Origin: Hydrolagus affinis
Lineage: Eukaryota
Direction of reading: 5' to 3'
Assembly: GCA_012026655.1 (NCBI GenBank)
Contig: JAAILG010000469.1
Location: forward strand, 1 to 64,000
Length of the DNA stretch: 64,000 nt
The notes under the pieces are model-generated. The model made no database searches, was not told the DNA's origin, and worked only from the letters and a program-made list of their open reading frames with translations. The stretch's first letter is position 1; the number at the start of each line of letters is the position of its first letter. The position numbers and the translations under genes are program-made. Of the stretch, positions 50,861-62,236 are shown in pieces.

Positions 50861-52551
50861 TGATATCACTTAACTGGGAAAGAACAGCCAACTATAGACC
50901 AATCAGATCGATAGTATCTTCCAACACATACTATGCTCTCCACTTTTGTGTTACCAAATACAGTAGTGTTTATGTTACGAGTTAACCCTATATTAAAGCA
51001 GTATATGGTTTCTATAATCCTATCAACAATTATTGCATTTGGAAGACATCATTACCTTTATGATGTCTCTAGCACATACTATGGGCCATCTTTGACAATT
51101 CTGCTTTCTGTATTCAGATGTTCCTTGGGAATGCATGTGCTAGAGTTTAATTGTGGTCTGCTTTAAATGATTATTTTTATCGTACAAGTAAAATATTTTA
51201 GATATTATTCAGCTGAACTACACCTGGATAATGTGGTTGGATATCTATTATTTGGTGTTCCTTTTCTTTTGCAGAATGCCTTAATGGCTTGAGCAGAAAT
51301 ACCCATGTACAAATATCATAAATTACATTGGCAATAAAAATGTTAATCGGTTCAATAGATTTTTTCAGAATGATACAGATTACACTTATTCTTTTGTAGC
51401 ACATAGCATATGTTGACATTTGGAGTCTAATTAGCAAGAAGGACTTGGAGATTAAAAGTTCAGATCCACTGATCGTGATCTGTTTGCTGAAATCATTCCA
51501 GTAGATGATGCTTGAGAACATTTTACAATAGTAAAATACTTTGAAGAGTGGGACTGAGGTTTCTGTACACTTAGTTGCTGAGAACTGTTTGCATTTTAGT
51601 GCACTGGTCCCTAACTTGAATATTCATGACTAGACATTTACAGAAATTCAGCTTTTTACCAGAGTAAAAATCTGAGTTAAAAGGGACTTTCAAAGGAGTA
51701 AATTTACAACTGTGCAACTAGAAGAGCAACGGCATCCACATGTTGCAGATGATGTCCAACTGTAACATTTTGTTGGATTTGTGTTGAAACCTCACTGAAG
51801 CAACTGTAAAAATAATAAAGCATCTGAATTCTTGGAGCAAAGTTCTCCTGGAGCCTGCCTCAAAACCACCTTATTTAGCTTGCTTATTCAAAACAGCTCA
51901 AAAGTAAAATAAAATGAGCTACTAAGATTGTGTTTTGATTAAGTAGGAATGTATGTCGGGGAAGAAGGGACGATTTCAGCAAACCTTTAATATTCCCCCA
52001 ACTTTGTTTTACAATGAGATGTATTTGTTTTGTTGCCTGGCAAAATGCTTGAGGTTAGAAGTTGGACTGTTAACTCTTTTTAATGTTACTAAGCTCAAAC
52101 GTGGATTGATTTTAAAGATGTACAGAAATGTTGCCTTCCCCCTAACCTCCACCCTTCCCATTGAACCTTCCATCTCTTGAAATATTACCTGCTTCAATAA
52201 AGTACTCACTCATGACTGATGATGAGAAATGTGGTTCTAGGCACTGGATTGGTGATTGGCCCCATTATCTTCTCTTCTGCCCCTCCAAGATGAAAGATTA
52301 CCCAATTGTGAAACTTTTGCTTAAACGGCTATTTGGAACAATAAATGAGACAGGACTTCAAATATAGGGCGTATATTTTTGCCCTGAGTTGGGAATTATG
52401 ACTGACAGACACACCATAATTTATTGATGTCAGTTCTTAAATGTCATGTCAGTTCTTAGACTTCTTTTTGTGTCTAATGTGCAGTTTAAAACTTAAATGA
52501 ACAGACGGTAGATTCGCTCAGCTATTTAGCCTTAACTATGATGTATAGTAT

Positions 52552-53012
52552 TGTCACATTTGCTGGAGCCCCAACGATACGAGTCGACACAAAAATTCAA
52601 AGAAAAGGTCTTTATTCACACACAATTAATATCGATTCCGCTGGGTAGTGTGTTGACAACTCCAACTGTTTCAAAGTTACATCTTTTATGTGTTTCTAAC
52701 TCCACCTCCCTTTGTCACAGAAGTAGTCCCCACTCTTCGCAGGCTGCTTTGCAGAGAGAGATATATGGACAACTTCTGGCCAGGTTTCCACAACCTACTT
52801 GTTTATCAGCCTTGAGCGAGGCATGTGTTGAGATTATAGTCTTTCAATCAGAAGTTGACCTCAACCGGTCCAATGAAACTACTTTTAACCGCTGCTAAGA
52901 TAGTCATGAAATCAAACAAACCCTATTTATAGGATTATGAGTAGGTTACATTCTAAACATATATAATAATTCATTAAAAGCCTTAAAAAAACATCACAAA
53001 TATAATCTTACA
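52552..53012 (-). mobile_element. Probable solo LTR (Gypsy/BEL-like), 461 bp
   Basis: TGT...ACA termini, flanks GTAT/GTGT (3 of 4 TSD), minus-strand TATAAA about 80 nt from the start and AATAAA about 60 nt from the end. Confidence 0.55.
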
Positions 53013-55436
53013 GTGTTGACCTGCTCATTATGTGTGGACAGTATAGATCCATCTGATATGGGGCTAAAACTATTTTGTATAATATTTTAAAAAAATTCCA
53101 GCCAAATTTATTTTGATCAGCTGCATATCTGATACACGTGGACTTAACGTTTTTAAAGAGCTTCCCAAATGAAACCAAACACTTATACAGCAGTAACCTA
53201 GAAAACAGTGACTGAAAAAAAATGATTCTGTGTAGGATGATGAACTATGGGTTAAGTCTCATGCACACCCAGGTATGTAGGTTATTTTTCAGCAATGAGA
53301 TGGCATTCTCAACTTTGGAATCATTTGGGGAGCCTTTTTAAGCTGCATTGAAAGATGAGACCATATTTCAAACCAGACTCAACGTTTGTGATGGACTTTT
53401 TAGTTGGCAGTTTGGTGCTCAGTAGGGATTCACTGCATATAGTTTTTCTTTTTGTTCTAAAATATTTGCAGGTATCTGTTACCAACAGTGGTTTTCAAAG
53501 TGCTAGAAAAATGGAACATGAAGAATTACCCAGGAAAAAGACACACACTTAATCTCTCCTCCCCCACCCACCCTCCACATTTCAATGTTTATACTGCTGT
53601 TAATTCCTTTTTGGAAAAGAGAAGAGAAAACTAAGCAAGCAAGATGTCAGAACAATTTGCATTAAAACCATTCTTGTAAGCCGTCCTGACTGATTATGAT
53701 GAGAGCCAGACTGGAGCCAGTGCAAATGTGTTGCTTACCATGAATGCAAATGCCTTTGCATCTGCGTGGAGCTCACATCCGCTGCCTTTGTGGGAAATTT
53801 TGAAGATAAACATAAGATTAAACTGAATACTTCTACAGTTAATTTGCTAAAACAGTTCACCAGAAATATTGTCCAAACTATCACAGTCTGCCTGCTGTGC
53901 GGTGTAATATTAGCAAAAATAAATTTGCACAGCGAGTCACTGGACCAAAGTGTCCTTGATGTTTAAGTAAAGTTCTCTGTAACTGTACTAGATTATTTAG
54001 TCAACCCCTTAAACTGGTGTTAGTTTATGATAAGTGATATCTGTTTCAAACCAAAACGTTTATATTTGCTTTTTTGGTGCAAAATCTAGTAACTTGGATA
54101 CCTTTGTGTGGTAGTTTTTTTTTACAATTAATCCTCATTGTTCTGTTAGGTTTAAGGAAGATTATTTTGTAAGTTTTCACTTAATGAAACTAAAACAGTT
54201 GAGATGCGATTTTGAGACGGAAGCAGACAAATAACCAATCTATTTCTGCCATCTCTGTACTCGACTTTTCCAGCTCCCTATTTGCCGATCTCCCCAGTTC
54301 CACCCTCCGGTGATCCAGACCATCCAGAAATTCCCTGCTTCCCTAAAGGCCCTGATGCGAGTTGGATTATTTTTCTATCGATGCCAGCAACCCAGCACCT
54401 TGCCCAAGTGGCCGACTTTGTAACTTGGGCGGGGGGGTTACAGCTAATCTGTCTGACTTCCACATGCAGATGCACACAAGATACAGCCAGTGTCCCCTGC
54501 TAAAAAAAAAATGCATAAAATAAATTGGCAACTTCTAATCTATTACCTATGGAAATAAATGTACTGCATCTGAATATACTCCGTAGTCAAACATTCAAGA
54601 TTCCATCCTTTTTTTTAAACTTAAAAAAATTCTATAATGAAAAATGATTCAAAAGCCTTTTAAAATAATAAAGATTTAAAATCACAGGATTCTTGCATAG
54701 AACACGAGATTGATTTATATTGAAAGCCTCCATTTGGTGGATTTACAATTTGAGACATATGATGATAAGAAACTACATACATGATTGCTCATCAGTAAAC
54801 ATAATAATAAACCAATTACATACATTATTATTAACAACTTTAGTGAATTTTTAAAAAGATTCTACCTTTCAGATGACATCAAGTGAGATGTTGTTTTAGA
54901 GATTATGAAGTGTGAGTGAGCTGGTATGTTGTTCTGAGATTCACGAGGTATCCCTCCTAAACAAAAGGATTATGAGGTTAAGTGCAAGTGAGATTGTCTC
55001 CCACAGAGTGGGAATGAGAGCTAAAGGCCTCTTTATCAAAGTGGTTATGAGTGTGAATGAATGACATCTTATTATTGGGGGATTCAAAGACTTTATCCCT
55101 ACCCCTTGTCACAGGATTATGATGTGTAAATGTTCTGTATATAACACTGAGGTTGTGCATTTCACCAGTGGTAACAGTGACGGGGTAATTAAGATAAGAG
55201 GTGTTAACTAACATACACACTGTGATACAAGACTGGTGCTGTAATGATTGCACCTGTTTCTTTTTCAGCCAAATGTCCAAAGATGTAATGTTGTATTTTC
55301 TCACAGCACAAGTGCAAACATTTGTGTAGAAGTGGAATTAGAAACCTCAAGACTTTGCGATTTGTTTACATTTTCATGTTTATTTTTGTCTTCTCGTCAC
55401 CCTCTTCCCTTGGAGTCAACTCAATAATAATAATCA

Positions 55437-55545
55437 AAGCACAAAATACTACAGATGTTGGAAATCTGAAACAAAAACAGAAGTTGCTGGGAAAACTCAG
55501 TAGATCAGGCAGAAGAAAGGAAAGTGAGACAACGTTTCGAGTCCA
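55437..55545. mobile_element. Penelope-like element terminal fragment
   Basis: AAATACTACAGATGTTGGAAATCTGAAACAAAAACAGAAGTTGCTGGGAAAACTCAGTAGATCAGGCAG..AACGTTTCGAGTC matches a widespread chondrichthyan repeat as recalled. Confidence 0.6.
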
Positions 55546-57222
55546 CAATCCACAACTCTTCGTCTTGAATGTTGTATGTTCTGCTACTAAGGCATCAACC
55601 CTCCAAGCACATGAGTCATCAATAGGCTACTCTTATTTTAAAATCAAATTTCAGGCAATTGTTACATGAAATATCTGAACCGGAATCATTCTGCCTTGTA
55701 AAGTGTGTCAAGTGAAAATAAAATCCCTTTATGGTTAATGGAGGCAGAGCGGAGGAATGTTTTTCCAAAATATGAATTATTAATAGCCATTCCATCCAAC
55801 AATGATTCTGAAGGAAATGGAGGATTAGTTGCAAGCTTTTGGGAGCACAATAGATGCATTATTTTCATAGGTCTCTCTATGGGTATTTTCCTTTCAATGA
55901 ATAGTGTCAAAAATAATTTATTGATAGTTACAGCAACAAAAAACCAACAAAATTATATAGTGCCTTTCACATCGGGAAAACGTCCCAAAGCGCTGGACAG
56001 CAGAGGTCAATATACCTGAGGGCTGTGATGGTAGAGTTTTCAATTCACCAATCTCGGCATATCTAGAGTTGAGTGCATGACAGCATGAAATTTTCATTCA
56101 TTCTCAAAATATCATTTTTATCTGATTGCAGAGAAATCCAGATGTCTCAGAAACTGTGTTTTAAAGGTATTTCAGTTGTTTTTTGACAATTTCAGATAAA
56201 ATTGATAAAGTTTACCTTTTGTTAATGACTTTTCCATTGCTGTAAATAGGCTGTTTGAAATACACTTGTGTCCTACACTATTAACCTTGTCCACTTTTTT
56301 AAATGAGGCAAACTCTGAATATCCCCAGTATTGAACATTATTAGAAATTACTCAGATCAAATGAGGACAGGTTTGAAACAGATTGGCCGCCATAAATGAC
56401 CGAAGCTTGAGCAGAATTGGAGAAATCAATTTACTGAGTACAATATCTTTATTCTTAGGACTGTAATGTGTGTGCAACATTGTTACATTAACATAATAAT
56501 GTAATACAGTACAGTATTCTTATGTTACTTCATCAGCAAAACAGTGATCGTGCTCTTAAAGTGCTTGTCTTATAAATACACAACTTAATATGGAAAAGTG
56601 TTCATTTCCTACAGGATGAGATTTATCAAGTATGTGCTATTAATGAGGGAATGTATATATTGGGCCGATATCTTCCTATGAAAACTGATTGGAAATTTCT
56701 TTCTTCACTGAATTGCAATTGTGCTCAGTGATAAATTCCAGAACTCCGATACAGACTCAACTTTTTGTTTATAGTTATAATAACAAGCCACCAAAATAAC
56801 AACACAAGTGAAAGGTGATGTTTGTGTAAAGAAGCTGTGTGCAATTGGTGAACACTATCTGCCTGTAGGTCGATCTGTAGCAGCAATTGTCCCAGTGCAA
56901 ATATTATTTGTTATAATATATAAAAAATAATACGCAAAGAAAATAATGTAAGATTAAAACTACACCCATTGTTGTTAGTCCTGCCATCTTTCCAACTCAA
57001 GGTGGTTGGTTGCCTGTCGGCTAACTATTAAGGAGTACTTATGGCCATGATGAAGTCCACAAATCATGAGTAGGTTAGAAACCAGAGCAGTCTGGATTTA
57101 GATAGATGGGATAATGAAGGGCATAAACTAAGAGGAGGAAGATAGAAGATTTAGGACAAAGCCTCAGAGTTCAGTATTCAAATCCAAGTGACGTGGTTTG
57201 GATGACAGTACAACTGTTGGTA

Positions 57223-57556
57223 CAGTAAAACCTTGATAATCCGACACAGTTGAACCCACTCACCTCGCAGATTTCGGAGTTTGCCTGTATTTAGAACCGA
57301 GCCAGAAATGGGGGGGGGAAACCTTGCCCCATACACTACATGTGCTGTAAGCCCAGCACTGAACCAAAAAACAGCCCAAACTCCCACAACAGCACCAGAT
57401 CACAGAGCGGCCAGACCGGGAACTACAAGCAGCTGTTCCCAACTTCAGGAGATTTGCTGACATCGGAAGAAATCTTAATCCTGTATGTATTTTGAAATTT
57501 TGCTGGTTTTAGTGAATTGTTGGCTTTTGGAATGTCGGATTATCGAGGTCTTACAG
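57223..57556. mobile_element. Tc1/mariner (Tigger-like) MITE, 334 bp
   Basis: 24-bp TIRs CAGTAAAACCTTGATAATCCGACA / TGTCGGATTATCGAGGTCTTACAG (21/24), TA at left flank, CA at right. Confidence 0.8.
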
Positions 57557-60039
57557 CAGTTGTTAACAAGCTAAATGCATTTGGGCAGTTTCCATACTTT
57601 TCTCACTTGAAGCAACAGGAGCCCACTGAACAAGCTTATTTCGTAATGTCACGGAGAACTAACCAGGATAAGAGAATTTTAGAATATCAGGTTAGTGTAT
57701 GAAGAAATCCTTTTTGATTTGGAAGCTTAGGTACATGCGACAACAATAATTTGCACTTATATAGTGCCCTCCACATCAGGTGGTGTTTCAGAGAGCTCTT
57801 ATGCGCTACATGAGCCAAACTTCCATTATAACCATTCCATACATTTCTTGACCTACTATTTCTTGGCTACACATACTCTGGTTGTAATTGCTTAATTCCT
57901 CCAGGTTTTCCAGGACCTCAGTAAAACCGATTACTATATGTGCGGCTATAAAATTGCTCCTGCAAAATGTGCCCATCAAATCACTTTTCTTACTGAGTAT
58001 TTTCTCTCAAGGATTCTTCAAATGCCCTTCAGTTAACCTTCCCTGAAGTCTCTACCGCATTCACAGGTTTCTGAAGAGTTTTTCAAAAAGAATGGGGGTG
58101 GGGGAAAGCTGCTAATTGTAAAATAAATGTAATTCAAGGCATTTAAGCAATTTGCAGCTTTCATTGCCAAGATGTTTGAAATGCTGTCAAGCTGCAAATA
58201 GGGAAACAGCTTTGCCCACTGCAATGCAGTGATTTTTTTTTATTGGTCAGCCAGACTATTGTCTGACACATGTGGAAACCCATCACTATGTTTAACAGTT
58301 AACTCGACTGAGAGTTCCATGTGTATATAGCACCTGCACACTGAAAGTTCCATGTGTCTGGAATAGAACTCTCTTCCTGGAGGGATATGCTCTGCGGACT
58401 TAATTCTGAGAGTATTAGACACAGGATGACAAGAGCTAAGGCTTGGGTACCCCAGTATGTGTTGGAGTTCTGCTGGAGTTCAGCCATCTAAAACTGAATA
58501 CTGTAGCTTGCTATTGGCAAGCTTCCCACTACCTATCGCAACTATGACCACCTTCCTTTTTGGCATTGGCTTGCGAGGTGAACAGGAATCAAGTGAAAGA
58601 ATCCCTGTACTCGGTATGCTCTGTAAATGATTCACTAAAATGTAACGAAAAGGTACAGTAACCATCTTGATCAAACAAATATCTATTTCTGAGAAAACAT
58701 TCCAATTTCAATACAACTGGACAGATTTAGCGGTCGTGGGCAAGCAGCCTGTTTGAGGATGGTTAATGGTGCTGTACAAATGAGCTCATTAATTGAAACC
58801 ACTCAAGGTCGACATTTGCAATCTGCTCTCTCCAGCTGAATTGACCTTTTGATCAACAGCATAACAATTAAAGGATCTTTCTTTCCTCTGCTGACTATTA
58901 AGTAGAGAGACATTCAAAATATAAGGTGACGTGGAAAAATGAAAATCAATTAAACCTATAATCCCTTCACCAAGCAATGATTCATTTATAATCACATTAC
59001 TGGAAGATTGTATTTTGTTTTGTTTTCAAAAAGAAAGCATACTTTGTAGTGGTACCAGCTAATACTATGGGTCAAACATAGAATTTTGCTTAGGAGTATT
59101 CAGTTTAATAAAAGGCCAGAGTGCACAAGGCAGAAACCCAGTCCAGTAAAGAGGTTGATTGAAAGTGACTTTATGTTCAGTTCTCTAGGTTGTTCACGGT
59201 GACTGCCCCATCTCTCTGAAGAATGCAAAATAATTGCACCATTAACTTCTGAATAACTGGGTAATATGGGAACCCATCTCCTGGAATATAGTTCAATTTA
59301 CAATGTCTGTCAGACTGACCATTGAAATAAATGACTTGATTGCTCTGTGTAGTTGCCATTTCTGAAGAGTTATTGTTCTACATTTATCTTTTTTTGACTT
59401 CTTGTACAGTAGCTGCTCAGAGATATTTGACTTATTTACAGACATTTTGCAGAAAATGAATGTTGATATGTGCTGTAGCCTACGGTGCTTAATTGGAGCA
59501 CTAGAAGATAAATTGTCAACTTTAAATTTTTTTTTAAACTTGGCTCCTGGCTTTTCTGTATTTATCTGATATCTACCATTATTTAATCACTATTATTCAT
59601 ATCCAAAGACCGAAGGGGTTTGATAGCTACTGTCTAGTTGTCTACTCTCATTTTAAATATAGTTCCATACACTGATGTCTCTTTATATTCAAATATATTT
59701 AAAAATACAAAAATGAATCTCTACAATTCTGGAGTGAATTTTAAGCACATCATCTGTCAAAAAGGAGGCATTTGTACCAAAATGAATTCGTATCATACAA
59801 TCACTGTACTGCACTTGTGTATCTGCAGCACATGTGTTACTCACAGTATACAGGAAGCGATGAAGCTGAATTGGTTAACATTATGGATATTTGGATGTGC
59901 TGTGGTGTAGTAGTGTACAAATGTATCCATTTCCCGAGTGTGAAAGGCTCACGATTAGCAATTTGCAAGACACTAGTGTCTTAAAAGGCCTTTCCCATAA
60001 AGGGGATGAATCCAGTACCAAATCATCACTAGTATTCCA

Positions 60040-60235
60040 GATAGATAGGTAGGTCGGTCGGTCGGTCGGTCATTTAAATGTGCTCCTTTCATGTTGGGAG
60101 GACGTCCCAAAACTCTTTACAGGATATACTGTAACATGGTGTGACTTTGTGTTTTTTGGCCAAATACAGCATCCAATTTGTGCACAACAATGCCTCACAA
60201 ACAGCCACAAAGTGAATGACCAATTTTATTTATCA
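60040..60235 (-). mobile_element. Older Deu-type SINE fragment with tetranucleotide tail
   Basis: Antisense Deu core (CAGCATCCAATTTGTGCACAACAATGCCTCACAAACAG), GGGAGGACGTCCCAAA stem, tail AGAT/AGGT/(CGGT)n on + strand. Confidence 0.65.
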
Positions 60236-60549
60236 TCAGAGTGTGTTCTGCTTTTGGTGTGTATTGTTCTGCTTTTGGTGTGTACTCTTGGATTTGTGTG
60301 AACTTAGTTTTATTTTCAGTGCTGTGGAGTATATCTATAGTGAAAACAGCACTGCTAAATATATAAAGAATATTACTATTATTATAAGAATAGTTATTTA
60401 TCTACAAGACGTCACTCAAAGTTTTTCCTCACTTTCCTACTATTTTTCATTTGGTAAGTTTTTTTAAAAAAAAAATCTCTTGACTTCTCTTAAAGCTGCT
60501 GATTTATGTTAGCCTGCATGCACACACTACTTACCCTCTGATCCCTCTC

Positions 60550-60760
60550 ACAAGTGACCATTCCTCATATGTGGGCTGCGGGAAAAGGCATTGAGTTCAG
60601 ACTCAGATAGTGAGTGTTGGCAGGCTATTTGACCATTGAGGGCTGAGCCACAATCCACCTTCACCCAATATTATATGCATTCATTTTCCAGCAGAGGGCA
60701 ATGTTTAGCAATCAATATCAGGACATTTTGGTTGATATTTCCCTTTCCTTTACTACATGC
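60550..60760 (-). mobile_element. Old SINE-like interspersed repeat (copy 3 of 3) containing a CTCF-like motif
   Basis: Antisense similarity to 49270-49600; CCAGCAGAGGGCA at 60688-60700. Confidence 0.5.
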
Positions 60761-60867
60761 AATTCCTTCACCATCTCGTCCTTTGGGGAAACTTGCAGGT
60801 GTCATTAAAACAGCAACTTGCATGTATACAGCATCCGTCATGTAGCATAGCAGCTTAGATAATGTAA

Positions 60868-60982
60868 TATAATAATAAATATAATATTCCTGCATTTGGT
60901 GTAGCGCCTTATGTCTTTGAGGTGTCTCAGAGCACTTCACAGAATAAACTGTAAAGTTAATTTGCTATATATTTTGTGGGGC
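60868..60982 (-). mobile_element. Deu-type SINE 3' fragment
   Basis: ATAATATTCCTGCATTTGGTGTAGCGCC..GCACTTCACAGAATAAACTGTAAAGTTAAT. Confidence 0.75.
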
Positions 60983-62019
60983 AATAATGTAATATTATCC
61001 AGATGCTGATGGTATGTTATTCACACGCTGTCCTTCATTAATTAAAATTTGAGGGATCAGTGTTCTCCAGGTGCTCAGTTCCCAATTTGCCATCAACATC
61101 AGAACATTCCTGGCAATAGAAGTACTACATTAAAGGCTGTGGCAGGGTATTGTTGCTGATTGAATAGGGTATTGTAATGCAGACTGAAACGCTATCACTA
61201 CTCCATCCAGTGGTCAAAGAGATAAGTGCACTTGTGATTATTTGTACCATCCAACAATGAGTTTCTTGGTTTTGGATTTGGCTCTTTTGGGGGAGATTGC
61301 TGGTGTTTTTATTGAATAAAATGCCATCAAGTTATTGCATTGCCGGAGGGTCTGTCACTATCCTTTAATATACCTTTGTCAAAAGTAAACCTAATGCACA
61401 CAGTGGAGCAAAACGATTAATTTCATAGCTAGCTCTGTCAGAGGTGGTTACTGTTTGTTGGTTTTGATGATGTGAGGACTGTTAATTACAGTCTTTTGCA
61501 CTTGAGGTCAATTCTCTTAGTACCCTCCCCACGAGGCACTTTCAGACAATGTACTAGATGATAAACACTTGCAAATCCAAATGGATGAAAATATATTATT
61601 TTGTTCCTAGTTCATATTTAGAATTTCACTCTCATTCTTAAATTTACAAGGTTCCCCCCCATCAACTGCCTTTGGTATGTTTAGTTACGTGCACAGTAAG
61701 CACAGTGCCCACGCACTCTGAGCCGGTCATTAACCTAGTTAGAGGAATGTAGTGAATGCAAGGAATACCATTTGTGACACTGAAACTGAAGAGGTGACAA
61801 TGAGAAGCTAGTCGATTAAAGCAGTGCCAGCTTTAACTGTGTGGTTCCCCATTGTATTGAAGGATGAATTGAAATGTCAAACAAGGCAATAGGAAAGGTA
61901 AACAAACACAAAGCTGGCTGGCACACGTTCACGTTTATCATTTTCATATTTACTTGATGTTGGGAAACCAATCCAATCTGTTGAAGGTTCTCAGGAACAT
62001 GGAAGTCGTCACAGGGTAC

Positions 62020-62236
62020 ATTATTACGCCTGACATTAATCGCTCAAAAAAAGCGAACAATAATAAATTGGTCATTTCAATCCATGATTGTTTGTGGGAC
62101 ACTGCTGTGCGCAATTGGCTGCTGTATTTTGCCCACAAATGTACAGTGAATTCACTTTACAGTATATTCTGTGAAGCGCTTTGAAACGTCTAGAAGATGT
62201 GAAAAGTGCTGTATCAAATGCAAAGATTATTATTAT
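62020..62236 (+). mobile_element. Deu-type SINE, 5'-truncated
   Basis: AATTGGTCATTTCAATCCA..TTTGTGGGACACTGCTGTGCGCAATTGGCTGC..TCAAATGCAAAGATTATTATTAT. Confidence 0.9.
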
